Assembly (NCBI GenBank): GCA_046331705.1
Contig: JAXLQJ010000007.1
Span: 124,001 to 188,000 of the forward strand
DNA from: a bacterium
GTDB lineage: Bacteria > JADJOY01
Direction: 5' to 3'
Length of the DNA: 64,000 nucleotides
The translations under genes were made by a program, and so were the position numbers. The notes beneath the pieces were generated by a model. It saw only the letters and a program-made list of their open reading frames with translations, was not told where the DNA came from and ran no database searches. Of the stretch, positions 43,643 through 54,140 are shown in pieces (the first letter of the stretch is position 1; each line of letters opens with the position of its first letter).

Positions 43643-44944
43643 CTACGAGCGGGTCGCTTGCGGCGCGGCGTTCGCCGCAGGCGGCGGCAGCGCGCGGCGC
43701 AGCGCCGCGGCGATGCGTCGCATCTCCCGGGGCCCGAGCGGCGGATGCACGGGGAGGTAGACCTTCCGCGCCATCAGGTCCTCGGCGTGGGGCGCCGCGG
43801 TCGCCAGATCGGGGTACGGCTTGAGGTTCGACAGGCACTCGACGTAGCCGGGGTAGAGATCGACACCCTGACGCAGGCACTCCGAGATCACCCGCTCGCG
43901 CTCGCCGCGCGGCACGCGCACCACGTAGTTGAGGAAGATGTCCCAATCGTCCGGCCCGAGGGGCGCGGGGGGCTCGATCGGCAGGTCGCGCGTGAGCTCC
44001 CGTAGGTAGCGCGCGTTCTCACGGCGCGCGCCGTTGTCGGCGGCGAGGCGATCGAGCTGCGGCAGCGCGACCGCCGCCTGGAAGTTCGCGAATGCCTCGA
44101 AGAGCTCGCGCGGACGGCCCGGGGGATGGCGCTCCTCGTCGTCGAGCTTCACCAAGAGCTTCTGCATCACGTCGAGCCGCAGACGATCGAGCCAATAGAT
44201 CGGCCAGTACCCTCCGAACGAGAAGACCAGCGGGTGCGTCAAGAAGCTCGTCGCCATGGCGGTGACGAAGCGCTTGAGCAGCGTGGCGGTCGAGGGCGGC
44301 GTGGGCGCGAGCGCCGCGAGCGCCGACTCGAGCCGGCGTGCCAGATCGTCGTCGTCGCAGAGCACCGCGCCCCCGTCGAGGGCGTTCAGGTTCTTGTAGA
44401 GCGAGAAGCTCATGATGCTTGCGTCGCCGAGCGAGCCGAGCGGCTTGTCGCGCCAGAAGCCACCGATGCCGTCGGCGGCGTCCTCGATCACCTTGAGGCC
44501 GTGGCGCGCCGCGACCTCGAGGGTCGCCGAGACGTCCGCCGGACGCCCGTGCATGTGGGTCATGAGCACGAAGCGAGTCCGGGGGCCGATCCGCCGCTCC
44601 ATCTCGCGGGGATCCATGTTGTAGGTGTCGCGCTCGATGTCCACCAGCACCGGCTTGAAGCCGGGGATCAGCATGCTCCAGAGGATCACGCGACACGTGT
44701 ACGCGGGCATCAGCACTTCGTCGCCCGGCTGCGCGCCCATCGCCTGCAGCGCGACCAGGATGCCTTGGCGCCCGGACGCCGTGAGGAAGGCGTGTTTTCG
44801 CCCAGCGAGCGACGCGATCCGGGCGCGCAGCACCTCCGACTCGGGGCCGCGCTGGATGCGCCCCGCCATCAGCGCGCGCAAGCCCGCCCACCACGCGGCG
44901 GGTGGAAAATAGACCTTGGCTCGGGGAATCTTGACGTCTGTCAT
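43643..44944 (-). CDS. DegT/DnrJ/EryC1/StrS PLP aminotransferase
   Basis: GDEVLMPAYTC, THMHG, IEDAA, SFSLYKNL..DGGA (PLP Lys), LPVHP. Confidence 0.9.
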   Translation of the reverse strand: MTDVKIPRAKVYFPPAAWWAGLRALMAGRIQRGPESEVLRARIASLAGRKHAFLTASGRQGILVALQAMGAQPGDEVLMPAYTCRVILWSMLIPGFKPVLVDIERDTYNMDPREMERRIGPRTRFVLMTHMHGRPADVSATLEVAARHGLKVIEDAADGIGGFWRDKPLGSLGDASIMSFSLYKNLNALDGGAVLCDDDDLARRLESALAALAPTPPSTATLLKRFVTAMATSFLTHPLVFSFGGYWPIYWLDRLRLDVMQKLLVKLDDEERHPPGRPRELFEAFANFQAAVALPQLDRLAADNGARRENARYLRELTRDLPIEPPAPLGPDDWDIFLNYVVRVPRGERERVISECLRQGVDLYPGYVECLSNLKPYPDLATAAPHAEDLMARKVYLPVHPPLGPREMRRIAAALRRALPPPAANAAPQATRS

Positions 44945-45088
44945 CGGCTGGAGTCTTCCGCGGCGCGCCTGGGCCCGGCGCGCTCCGAAACGAACACTAT
45001 AGCAAGCGGTCCGAGCGCATCGAGCGGATCGAGCGTGAAGCTCGGGTCCCCGCGACGCGATCGCGGCGATCGGCGCGCGTCGGGCGCG

Positions 45089-46108
45089 TCACAGCGATTG
45101 GAGCGCGCGCAGATCGCCCATGGACCAGCTCCGCGCGGGCGTCTCGAAGAAGCGCTCGATGAGGTCGTAATCCTTGCGGCAACAACCCTTGCAGCGCTTC
45201 GTTTCCTCGAAGCCGAGCGTGCGCGCTCGCTCCACCACCGCAGGCAGCCCTTCGCGCACCGCGCTGCCGATCGGGATGTGGAACTCGCAGCAGGCCGACA
45301 CCGTGCCGTCCGGCAGCAGCGCGAGGTGACCGAGCGTCGGCACGCCGCAGAACTCGAGGTTGGTCGGGCGAGTGAAGTACGTGCGCAGCTTGTCGAGGTA
45401 CTTGCGATCGCTGACGAAGACGTCGGACCACTGGGTGGCGAGGAGGTCGAGCTCCGCCATCAGCGACGGCACCGCGCTCACGTCGGGCTTGAGCTGCGGG
45501 ATGCAATTCGACTGGAAGTTGACGCGATCCACGCCGACCGCCCGCATGTCCAACGCGAAGCGCTCGAGCTCCACGTGGTTGCGCTTGCCGATCACGCAGC
45601 TCACGTACACCCGCGCCGCGCGCCGCTCGGCCAAGAACGTGCGCATGCCCTCGAGGGCCCGCTGGTAGTTGCCGTGCCCGCGGATGCGATCGTGCTCGGC
45701 TTCGATGCCATCGATCGAGAAGATCACGCCCCGCGCGTACCGGTCGATGGTGCGAGCGAGCTCGCGGTCCATGACGAGGCCGCTCGTCACCAGGATCGTG
45801 TAGAGCCCGCGGCGGCGCGCCTCGGCGAGCACCTCCGGCAGATCGGGCGCGACGCACGGCTCGCCGCCGGCGACGAACAAGAAGGGCACGCCGATCTTCT
45901 CCAGATCGGCCAGCACCCGCATCTTGTCCGCGAGCGGCAGGTCCTCGGGCGGCGTGGGGTGGCGCGAGAAGAACACGCAGCCCGCGCAACGGATCGGGCA
46001 TTCGCGCGTCAGGAACCAGGAAACGAACACGGGTCCGCGTTCCCCGCGGCGGAACTGCCGGTAGCGTCGAGCGAGCCTCACGCACGTCGTGAGGGGTAAC
46101 GACTTCAT
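45089..46108 (-). CDS. radical SAM protein with Twitch-like C-terminus
   Basis: TRECPIRCAGC, AGGEP, SIDG..HDRIRG, FC...LPDGTVSACC...CKGC; ATG 46108 overlaps upstream stop. Confidence 0.88.
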   Translation of the reverse strand: MKSLPLTTCVRLARRYRQFRRGERGPVFVSWFLTRECPIRCAGCVFFSRHPTPPEDLPLADKMRVLADLEKIGVPFLFVAGGEPCVAPDLPEVLAEARRRGLYTILVTSGLVMDRELARTIDRYARGVIFSIDGIEAEHDRIRGHGNYQRALEGMRTFLAERRAARVYVSCVIGKRNHVELERFALDMRAVGVDRVNFQSNCIPQLKPDVSAVPSLMAELDLLATQWSDVFVSDRKYLDKLRTYFTRPTNLEFCGVPTLGHLALLPDGTVSACCEFHIPIGSAVREGLPAVVERARTLGFEETKRCKGCCRKDYDLIERFFETPARSWSMGDLRALQSL

Positions 46109-47205
46109 GAACTGGCCGGCGGGCTCTCGACGTAGACGGCGGAAGCCGGCGCGGGAAGCACGCCGTGCTCCTCGTAGTACTTGTTGATGCGGGTCATGTA
46201 CTTGTCGTGGAACTCGGAGTCGCGAGACGCGAGGCAGACGGGTCCAAGCTCGCGGTACTGACGGATCTGTTTCATGTCCGACCAGATCTCGGCCAGCGGT
46301 CGATCGCGCAGGCTGCCGAAGCTCGATTGGATCACCGCGCACGGGATGACGTCGCCGTACGTGCTGATCGAGATCTTCTCGATGCCTGCGCCGCAGCCCT
46401 CCTTGAGCCAGTTCGACTGGCCATCCCAGCGCACGTTGGGCTTCTCGAGCAGCTTCTCGATCCAACGCGAGCTCTCCGGCCGCAGCACCTCCGGCTCGAA
46501 GCGCGCCTGCCGCCCCACGGCCGCCGGGAAGCACAGGTTGAGCAGCAGCTTCTCGCTGGTGGCGAAGTCGTGGAGCCGCCCGATGGTGCCGTCGTCGATC
46601 TTCTCCTGGGTGACGATGCTGTTCATCATCACCAGGATTCCCTGGGATCGAGCGTTCTGGATCCCTTCGAGCGCCTTCTCGTGGGCACCCTTGTAGCGCC
46701 TCGACCGGTCGTGCACCTCCGGGCTGTCGCTGTCGACGCTCACGCCCATCGCATAGAGCCGAACGCGCTTGAGCTCGCGCGCCACCTCGGGTGTGAGGCG
46801 GATGGCGTTCGTCATCATCGTGGTCAGCCCGCGGTGGGGCTTCACGTGATCCAGGTACTCGAAGAGGTTCGGCTCGACCAGCGGCTCGCCACCGGCGAAG
46901 TTGATCACGACCGCGCCCAGGCGCAGGCACTGATCGATGGCGTTCTTCATCTCGCGGGCGCTCAGCCGCTCGCGGCCCGGATCCTTCTCGTAGTCCGAGT
47001 AGCAGTGCTCGCACAGGCACTGACAGTCGAACGTGACCGAGACGTCCACGCTGCGTAGCACGTCCCGTTTGAGCGCCACCAACTTGAAGTAGTTGGCGAG
47101 CAGCTTGGGAACGAGCTGCGGATAGCGGAGGAGATGGGGGCCGTGAACGAGCAGGCCCGGGTTGAACGCGAAGACGGGGCTCAAGAGCTCGCGGAACGAG
47201 GGCAT
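46105..47205 (-). CDS. radical SAM protein with SPASM/Twitch domain
   Basis: DCQCLCEHC, FAGGEP, TNA, VSVDS..HD..R, GCGAG..ISTYGDVIPC. Confidence 0.9.
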   Translation of the reverse strand: MPSFRELLSPVFAFNPGLLVHGPHLLRYPQLVPKLLANYFKLVALKRDVLRSVDVSVTFDCQCLCEHCYSDYEKDPGRERLSAREMKNAIDQCLRLGAVVINFAGGEPLVEPNLFEYLDHVKPHRGLTTMMTNAIRLTPEVARELKRVRLYAMGVSVDSDSPEVHDRSRRYKGAHEKALEGIQNARSQGILVMMNSIVTQEKIDDGTIGRLHDFATSEKLLLNLCFPAAVGRQARFEPEVLRPESSRWIEKLLEKPNVRWDGQSNWLKEGCGAGIEKISISTYGDVIPCAVIQSSFGSLRDRPLAEIWSDMKQIRQYRELGPVCLASRDSEFHDKYMTRINKYYEEHGVLPAPASAVYVESPPASS

Positions 47206-47273
47206 TTCGTCGATGCCTATCAGCCGTCGGAGTCGGCGGGCGCGAGCGGAGTCACGAGGGGTGAGCGAGCGCG

Positions 47274-47303
47274 ACTGTAGCTCCCGCCGGAGAAACGGGT
47301 CAA
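47274..47303 (-). promoter_or_regulatory. sigma-70-like promoter for the rSAM-rSAM-DegT operon
   Basis: Minus strand TTGACC-N18-TACAGT. Confidence 0.5.
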
Positions 47304-47349
47304 ACCAACGTGCCGCGCGCCCTCGCCCCGGGCACGCGCACGGCGACGC

Positions 47350-47796
47350 TCACGCTTCCTCTTCGGGAATCCCGGCGGCGGCCAGCGCCGCGATCCACGC
47401 ATCGAGCTCGTCGCGCGAGATCGCGCCACCTTGCCCCATGCCGGGGCAGCCTCGCGCGGCGGCGCGCCACGCCCGCGCACTTCGCACCAGCTCGGGCCAA
47501 AACGGCCATGCGCGACATTGCAGCGGCTTGACCGGGTGGATCGTGCAGCCGCTGCCGTCGAAGAACCGGCAACCGCCACCGTCGACGTCCAGCACGAACC
47601 GTCCGCGCTCGACGCGCAAGTGGCGCCGCACGAACGTGCCGCGCGTGAGCCCCAGGAACGCGGCCGCGGCCTCCGCATCGTCGCGGGTGAAGTACACGTA
47701 GCCCGGACGCCGACAGCAATTCCCCGAGCGCTGGCAGGCGAACCGAAGCTCGCTCGCGTCGAGCCCAGCACCGCCGCCGTCGCGTTCGTCCGCCAC
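47350..47796 (-). CDS. YkgJ/UPF0153 Cys-cluster (Zn/Fe-chelating) protein
   Basis: FACQRSGNCC...CRFF...CTIHPVKPLQCRAWPFW...CPG. Confidence 0.88.
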   Translation of the reverse strand: MADERDGGGAGLDASELRFACQRSGNCCRRPGYVYFTRDDAEAAAAFLGLTRGTFVRRHLRVERGRFVLDVDGGGCRFFDGSGCTIHPVKPLQCRAWPFWPELVRSARAWRAAARGCPGMGQGGAISRDELDAWIAALAAAGIPEEEA

Positions 47797-47877
47797 GGCG
47801 ACAACCTAGCGCATCGCCGCCGGGGCGAGCGCGGGGTCCCGCGGGAGGGCACGACGCGCTTGGCGACGCTCTTGGCT

Positions 47878-47907
47878 TTGACCCTGCGCTGCGCGCCTCG
47901 GTATCCT
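47878..47907 (+). promoter_or_regulatory. sigma-70-like promoter
   Basis: TTGACC-N18-TATCCT upstream of the B12 radical SAM. Confidence 0.5.
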
Positions 47908-47955
47908 GCGCGCCGTCTCGTGCCCCTCGCGCGCGGCGCCTTTCGATCCCAACTG

Positions 47956-49533
47956 ATGAGCGCGACCACGATTCGGGGCAAGACCCCGCTCCACGTCCTG
48001 TTCCTTCGGCCACCGCGTCATTACTGGCCGATCATCAACGAAGACGACAATTTCCTGCTGCCGCTCGCCTACCCGACGCTCGCGGCGTACCTGCGCGCTC
48101 GGATGGACGACGTGCGCGTGGAGATCCTCGATTGCTGCGCGCAACGACTCGGCTGGCGAAGCCTGGCGCGCACGCTGGCGGAGAAGCGCCCCGACGTGAT
48201 CGCGATCGGCGAGAAGGTGGTCTACGCGCACGAAGCGCTGCGCGCGTTCCGACTCGCCCGCGAGCTGCTCCCCGGCGTGGTCACCGTGGGAGGCGGACAC
48301 ATCTTCTCGACGCTGCCCGAGTGGAGCCTCGCGGAATGCCCCGAGCTCGACTGGATCGTGCGCTTCGAGGGCGAGGAGACCTTGCGCGAGCTGCTCGAGG
48401 CGCTGCGCGCCGGCGACGACGCGACCTCGGTGGCCGGTATCGCGTATCGCCGCGGCGGCGCGGTCGTGAGCACCACCCCGCGCCAACCGATCGCCGACCT
48501 CGACTCGCTGCCCATCCCCGCCTACGACCTGGCGAAGCTGGACCTCTACTCGCCCTTCGGCCAGCTCTGGCCGCGCGCCGTCACGATCCAACGCGGTCGC
48601 GGCTGCATCGACGAGTGCTCGTTTTGCTCCTGGTGGGTCCAGGAAGGCAAGCACACCGAGGTCGACGGGCGGCTCGTGCACTCGAAGTTCTATCGCTCGA
48701 AGAGCGTCGAGCGCGTGGTTCAGGAAGTGGAGCTGCTCTACGAGAAGTACGGCGCCCGCTACCTCTTCTGGGTGGACGCCACCTGGAACCTCGACGACCG
48801 CTGGCTCGACGCGTTCTGCTCCGAGATCATCCGCCGCGACTACAAGCTCGGCTGGTGGGCGTTCTTCCGGACCGATCGCGTGGTGGAGCAAGACCGCAAG
48901 GGCGTGCTCGAGAAGATGGTGCGCGCCGGGTTGCGGCACGTCCTGGTGGGCGTCGAGCGCGCCGACACCGGGGACGTTGAGGAGCTCGAGAAGACCGGCT
49001 ACGGCTACGAACGCACCCGCGAGGCGTTCCTGCTCCTCGAGCGGAAGTATCCGCAGGTGTTCCGTCAGGGCACCTTCCTCACGGGGATGCGTCACGACGA
49101 CGAGCGCTCGATCAAGACGCTGCTCGACTACGCCCACGACTGCCGCCTCGACTTCGCGGCGTTCCACACGCTCACGCCTTTCCCCGGCACGCCGCTGTGG
49201 GATCGCGCGCATCGCGAAGGCTGGATCGAGGAGCACGATTTCGCGAAGTACGACATGTTCTATCCGGTGATGCCGACCCGGCACCTGAGCCGCGATGAGG
49301 TCGCCAGGCTCACCACCTGGTGCCAGCGGAACTTCGTGCAGCGAAAGCCGCTGCGCTACCTCAAGGGCCTGGTGAGCCGCCATCCCATCCGCCGCCGACT
49401 GCATTGGTGGTTCCTGCTCTCGATCGGCCGGATCCTGGCGCGCGACGCCTGGCAGAGCTTGCGTGGCGCCAAGAAGTTCGGCGGCTTCGCATCCGTCAAC
49501 GCGCTCTGGAAGCCGGTCTGGTACGAGGCTTGA
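47956..49533 (+). CDS. cobalamin-binding radical SAM enzyme (BchE-annotated type)
   Basis: PLAYPTLAAYLR, GGGH.FS, FEGEE, RGRGCIDECSFC, TPFPGTPLW; ATG 47956. Confidence 0.9.
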   Translation: MSATTIRGKTPLHVLFLRPPRHYWPIINEDDNFLLPLAYPTLAAYLRARMDDVRVEILDCCAQRLGWRSLARTLAEKRPDVIAIGEKVVYAHEALRAFRLARELLPGVVTVGGGHIFSTLPEWSLAECPELDWIVRFEGEETLRELLEALRAGDDATSVAGIAYRRGGAVVSTTPRQPIADLDSLPIPAYDLAKLDLYSPFGQLWPRAVTIQRGRGCIDECSFCSWWVQEGKHTEVDGRLVHSKFYRSKSVERVVQEVELLYEKYGARYLFWVDATWNLDDRWLDAFCSEIIRRDYKLGWWAFFRTDRVVEQDRKGVLEKMVRAGLRHVLVGVERADTGDVEELEKTGYGYERTREAFLLLERKYPQVFRQGTFLTGMRHDDERSIKTLLDYAHDCRLDFAAFHTLTPFPGTPLWDRAHREGWIEEHDFAKYDMFYPVMPTRHLSRDEVARLTTWCQRNFVQRKPLRYLKGLVSRHPIRRRLHWWFLLSIGRILARDAWQSLRGAKKFGGFASVNALWKPVWYEA

Positions 49534-49692
49534 TCCCGGCCTTGCTTGCCTCACCCCACCCCGCGTGAAAAGCTCGTCCGCGCTCGCTGCCCCGCGAGCG
49601 CTCGACCGGCCATCGCCGAGCGAGCTGCGCTTCCCAAGCCCCCCCGCGTTCTCGAGCCGCCGACCCGGCGCGCGATCGCACCCGGTGTCCGA

Positions 49693-51177
49693 GTGACCAC
49701 ACAGCTCTTCTCAGACCGAACCTTCGCCGATCTTCCGCTCCCGGAATCGCTGGCCCGCGGCATCGCGGACGCCGGCTTTCACCGGCTCACACGAATCCAG
49801 GCGGAGACGCTGCCGCTGGCGCTCGCGGGCAAGGACCTCGCGGCACAATCGCAGACCGGCACGGGAAAGACCGCCGCGTTCCTGATCGCGCTCTTCGCGC
49901 GACTGATGCGCGACGAGTCTCGAACCCGCGGTCGCCCGGGAGCGCTGGTGATCGCGCCGACGCGCGAGCTGGCCGTCCAGATCCGCGACGAGGCCGAGAT
50001 CCTGGGCAGCCACACCGGGGTGGTCACGGCAGCGGTATTCGGCGGCATCGACTACCAGGGGCAGGCGCAGCGCCTCGGCAAGGGCGTCGACGTGGTGATC
50101 GGCACGCCGGGGCGCCTGATCGACTTCCTGCGCACGGGTGTGCTCGACGTCAGCGCGGTGGGGATGCTGGTGATCGACGAAGCCGACCGGATGTTCGACA
50201 TGGGCTTCATCAAGGACATCCGCTTCCTCCTCCGCCGCCTGCCGAAGGCCGGCGTCCGGCAGTCGATGCTCTTCAGCGCGACGCTCAGCCCGCGCGTGCT
50301 CGAGCTCGCCTACGAGCACATGAACGATGCGGTGAAGGTCGCGGTGGCGCCGGAGCAAGTCACCGCGCACCACGCCGAGCAGATCCTCTACCACGTCTCC
50401 AAGGAGGAGAAGGTCGGTCTGCTCTTGGGGCTGCTCGAGCGCGAGCGGCCGACGCGCACGCTGGTGTTCGTGAACACCAAGGCCGAGGCCGCGCGGCTCA
50501 CGTTCAAGCTCACGCACAACGGCTTCCCCGCCGAGCTTCTGACCGCGGACTTGAGCCAGAAGGATCGGCTGCGGCTGGTGGAGCGCTTCAAGCGCGGCGA
50601 GGTCCCGATCGTGGTCGCGAGCGACGTGGCGTCACGCGGCATCCACGTGGAAGGCATCAGTCACGTCTTCAACTACGACCTGCCGCAGGACGCCGAGGAC
50701 TACGTGCACCGCATCGGCCGCACCGCGCGCGTCGGCGAGGTCGGCAAGGCGGTGAGCCTGGCGTGCGAGGAGTTCGTGTTCTCGCTGGAAGCCATCGAGG
50801 AGCTGATCGGCGAGCGCATTCGCGTGGAGTGGGCGGACGAGGGACTGGTGCGCCCCGACCGCGCTCCCGCGTACGTGCGACCGCGGCGCCCGGGCGGACC
50901 ACCGGGGCGCCGCCCCGAGCCGTCGCGTGGCGGCAGGGATCGCGGCGGCCCGCCACGATCGCGCGAGCGACGCGGTGGCGCCGGTTCGGCCGCCAACGCG
51001 CCATCCCCCAGCAGCACGAGCACTCCCGGCACCCCGCCGAACCCCGGGGCAGCCCCGCGCGCCTCCGGAAGCGATGCGGACTCCAGCGGCGACACGCTCC
51101 GTTTCTCGCGGCACGGCGGACGCCGACGTCGCTCGGGCCCGAAGCCCTCGGGCGGCGGCACCGCGGAAGGCACGTGA
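49693..51177 (+). CDS. rhlB: DEAD-box RNA helicase (RhlB-like)
   Basis: QTGTGKT, APTRELA, GTPGRL, DEAD, SAT, YVHRIGRTAR; basic disordered C-tail; ortholog assignment tentative. Confidence 0.85.
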   Translation: MTTQLFSDRTFADLPLPESLARGIADAGFHRLTRIQAETLPLALAGKDLAAQSQTGTGKTAAFLIALFARLMRDESRTRGRPGALVIAPTRELAVQIRDEAEILGSHTGVVTAAVFGGIDYQGQAQRLGKGVDVVIGTPGRLIDFLRTGVLDVSAVGMLVIDEADRMFDMGFIKDIRFLLRRLPKAGVRQSMLFSATLSPRVLELAYEHMNDAVKVAVAPEQVTAHHAEQILYHVSKEEKVGLLLGLLERERPTRTLVFVNTKAEAARLTFKLTHNGFPAELLTADLSQKDRLRLVERFKRGEVPIVVASDVASRGIHVEGISHVFNYDLPQDAEDYVHRIGRTARVGEVGKAVSLACEEFVFSLEAIEELIGERIRVEWADEGLVRPDRAPAYVRPRRPGGPPGRRPEPSRGGRDRGGPPRSRERRGGAGSAANAPSPSSTSTPGTPPNPGAAPRASGSDADSSGDTLRFSRHGGRRRRSGPKPSGGGTAEGT

Positions 51178-51249
51178 CCGCGGGGCGGCGTGTCAGCGAG
51201 CGCACCACCGATCGCGGCCCCGCCCGCCCCGCGTCGCCCGCACGCGACG

Positions 51250-52428
51250 ATGACTGACCGATCGAGCCTCTTCGCGCCTGCCATCGATGCCGGGCAGGCG
51301 CCCTTCCTCGCGCGCGTGCAAGCACGCTGGCGCGAGGTGCGCTTCGAGCGCGGCGAGCGCGACATCCACCACGCGATTCGCGCGCTGGCCGATGGCGACG
51401 CGCTCGGGCCCGAGCTCGCCGCGCGCGTCTTCGAGCAGATCACGGCCGGCGAAGAGGACGAGCTCGACGTCGCCGCGTTCCTGATCGGCACCGCACCGGA
51501 CGCGCTCGCGCCAGCCACCATCGCCGCCTGCGCAGGCGTGATGCGCGCACGCGCCCACCGCATCCGCCCGCAGGTGTCAGGCCCGCTGGCGGACACGTGC
51601 GGCACCGGCGGTGACGGCTTCAAGACCCTCAACGTCTCGACCGCCGCCGCGCTGGTGCTGGTGTCGTGCGGCGTGCCCGTGGCGAAGCACGGCAACCGTG
51701 CCATCACCTCCAGCTGCGGCAGCGCCGACGTGCTCGAGGCGATGGGAGTCGCGATCGACCTCGAGCCCGAGCACGTGACCCGCGTCATCGAGCGTGCCGA
51801 GATCGGCTTCCTGTTCGCGCCCCGTTTCCACCCGTCGATGCGCTTCGTCCAACCGGTTCGACGCCAGCTCGCCAACGAGGGCCATGCGATCGGTCGATCG
51901 CTGAAGACGGTGTTCAACGTGCTCGGTCCGCTCACGAATCCCGCCGACGCGGCCATTCAGATCGTCGGGGTGTACGCGGCGGAGCTGGTCGAGCCGGTGG
52001 CGCGCGCGCTCGCGGCGCTCGGTTTGGCGCGCGGGCTGGTGGTTCACGGCGCCGGTCCCGGCGGCGAGGCGATGGACGAGATCTCGCCGTTCGGCCCGAC
52101 GCTGGCGGCGGCGATCGCACCCGATGGCTCGGTCAGGCGGCTCGAGCTCGACCCGGGCGAGCTCGGCGTTCGCGCCGTGGCGCCGGATCGCGTGGCGCCG
52201 GCCGATACGGTGGCCGCGAACGCGGAGCGAGTTCGTGCGATCCTGGGCGGCGCCGACGATCCCGCACGCGAGCTGATCGCGCTCAACGCCGGTGCCGCGC
52301 TGTGGATCGCGGACCGCGCCGCGGACCTTCGCTCCGGCCTGGTCGACGCGCGCAACGAGCTTCGCTCGGGAAGGCCCCTCCAATGCCTCGAACGCCTCGT
52401 CGAAGCGGCACCTCGCCAAGCCCCCTGA
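51250..52428 (+). CDS. trpD: anthranilate phosphoribosyltransferase
   Basis: [49 protein letters not shown]. Confidence 0.9.
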   Translation: MTDRSSLFAPAIDAGQAPFLARVQARWREVRFERGERDIHHAIRALADGDALGPELAARVFEQITAGEEDELDVAAFLIGTAPDALAPATIAACAGVMRARAHRIRPQVSGPLADTCGTGGDGFKTLNVSTAAALVLVSCGVPVAKHGNRAITSSCGSADVLEAMGVAIDLEPEHVTRVIERAEIGFLFAPRFHPSMRFVQPVRRQLANEGHAIGRSLKTVFNVLGPLTNPADAAIQIVGVYAAELVEPVARALAALGLARGLVVHGAGPGGEAMDEISPFGPTLAAAIAPDGSVRRLELDPGELGVRAVAPDRVAPADTVAANAERVRAILGGADDPARELIALNAGAALWIADRAADLRSGLVDARNELRSGRPLQCLERLVEAAPRQAP

Positions 52429-53516
52429 CCACACGCGAGACCCGCGAGGTCGAGGACGTTCGCGACGATCTGCGGCCCGCGCGCGACGTCGCGCCGGCGC
52501 TCGCTCGGCCCGACGAGGCCGACGAGAATCGCATTCGACCGGAGCGGCTCGACGACTACGTCGGCCAGGCGGGCGTCAAGGAGAACCTGCGCGTCTTCGT
52601 GCGCGCCGCACTCGAGCGCGGCGAGCCGCTCGATCACGTGCTCCTCAGCGGCCCGCCGGGACTCGGCAAGTCGACCCTCGCGCGGATCATCGCCCACGAG
52701 CTCGGCACACGCATCCACACCACCTCGGGACCCATCCTGGAGCGCCCGGCGGACCTCGCCGCGATCCTCACGAGCCTCGAGAAGAACGACGTCCTCTTCA
52801 TCGACGAGATCCACCGCATGCGGCCGGTCGTCGAGGAGATCCTCTATCCGGCCCTCGAGGATTTCGAGCTCGACATCCTGATCGGCCAGGGGCCGGACGC
52901 GCGCAGCGTGCGCATCCCCGTGACGCCCTTCACGCTGGTGGGCGCCACCACGCGCACGGGCTTGCTCACGTCGCCGCTGCGGGCACGATTCGGCGTGACG
53001 GCTCACCTCGACTTCTACGGCATCGAGGAGCTCGCCGCGATCGTCGAGCGCGCCTCGACGATCTACGGCATCCCCATCGAGCGCGCCGGAGCACGCGAGA
53101 TCGCGCAGCGTTCGCGCGGCACGCCGCGCACGGCCAATCGGCTGCTGCGGCGGGTGCGTGACTTCGCCCAGGTGTTGAATCGGCAAGCGATCGACGCCGC
53201 CGTCGCGGATCAGGCGCTGGCGCGGCTCGGCGTGGACCGCCTCGGGCTCGACGCCCTCGACCGCCGCTATCTCGATGCGGTGGGAGTGAAGTTCGAGGGT
53301 GGGCCCGTGGGGCTCGCCACCATCGCCGCCGCGCTGGGCGAGACCGAGGACACCATCGAGGAGGTCGTCGAGCCCTTCCTGGTGCAGCTGGGCTTCATCG
53401 ACCGGACGCCGCGCGGTCGCACGCTCACCCGCCGGGCCGCCGGCCATCTCGGGCTGGCGCTGGCGAGCCCGGAGCCGCTCGCTCAGCCCGAGCTCTTCGA
53501 CGGGCGCAACCGCTGA
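52383..53516 (+). CDS. ruvB: Holliday junction branch migration ATPase
   Basis: [46 protein letters not shown]; nearest in-frame upstream ATG is 52383 (GGAAGG RBS), overlapping trpD by 46 nt. Confidence 0.95.
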   Translation: MPRTPRRSGTSPSPLTTRETREVEDVRDDLRPARDVAPALARPDEADENRIRPERLDDYVGQAGVKENLRVFVRAALERGEPLDHVLLSGPPGLGKSTLARIIAHELGTRIHTTSGPILERPADLAAILTSLEKNDVLFIDEIHRMRPVVEEILYPALEDFELDILIGQGPDARSVRIPVTPFTLVGATTRTGLLTSPLRARFGVTAHLDFYGIEELAAIVERASTIYGIPIERAGAREIAQRSRGTPRTANRLLRRVRDFAQVLNRQAIDAAVADQALARLGVDRLGLDALDRRYLDAVGVKFEGGPVGLATIAAALGETEDTIEEVVEPFLVQLGFIDRTPRGRTLTRRAAGHLGLALASPEPLAQPELFDGRNR

Positions 53517-53517
53517 G

Positions 53518-53543
53518 GGGACGTCGCCGCCAAGCGACGTCCC
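53518..53543. terminator. hairpin between convergent ruvB and cyclophilin
   Basis: GGGACGTCGC-CGCCAA-GCGACGTCCC. Confidence 0.6.
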
Positions 53544-53564
53544 GCCGCGGATGCGCCCGCGCCT

Positions 53565-54140
53565 TCAGGCGCGATAGACCTCGATCTGGTGCAGCACCAC
53601 GGCCTGGCGCGGGCGATCCTGCGCCGCCGTGGGAGTGCCAGCGATCTTGCTCACCACGTCCAACCCTTCGACGACCTGCCCGAACACGGTGTGCCGGTTG
53701 TCGAGGTGCGGCGTGGGGACCTCGGTGATGAAGAACTGCGAGCCGTTCGTGCCCGGGCCGGCGTTGGCCATCGAGAGCACGCCTTTCCCCGAATGCTTTC
53801 GCTTTGGGCTGAACTCGTCCTTGAAGCGCCAGCCAGGCCCGCCGCGCCCGGTGCCCTCGGGATCGCCGCCTTGGATCATGAAGTTCTTGATGACGCGGTG
53901 GAAGACCGTGCCCGAGTAGAGCGGCTCGCGCGTCTTCGCGCCAGCGGGATTCGTCCACTCCACCGCTCCCGTCGCGAGCGCCACGAAGTTCGCCACCGTG
54001 CGTGGCGCATCGTCCTCGAAGAGCTCGGCGACCATGTCGCCCATCGAGGTCTTGATGCGGCACATGAGCTTGCCCGTGCCGGGCACGGATTCGCTCGCGG
54101 GGACCGCGGGAGTGTCGAGACCTTGGGAACCGAATGCCAT
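53565..54140 (-). CDS. cyclophilin-type peptidyl-prolyl isomerase
   Basis: [38 protein letters not shown]. Confidence 0.96.
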   Translation of the reverse strand: MAFGSQGLDTPAVPASESVPGTGKLMCRIKTSMGDMVAELFEDDAPRTVANFVALATGAVEWTNPAGAKTREPLYSGTVFHRVIKNFMIQGGDPEGTGRGGPGWRFKDEFSPKRKHSGKGVLSMANAGPGTNGSQFFITEVPTPHLDNRHTVFGQVVEGLDVVSKIAGTPTAAQDRPRQAVVLHQIEVYRA

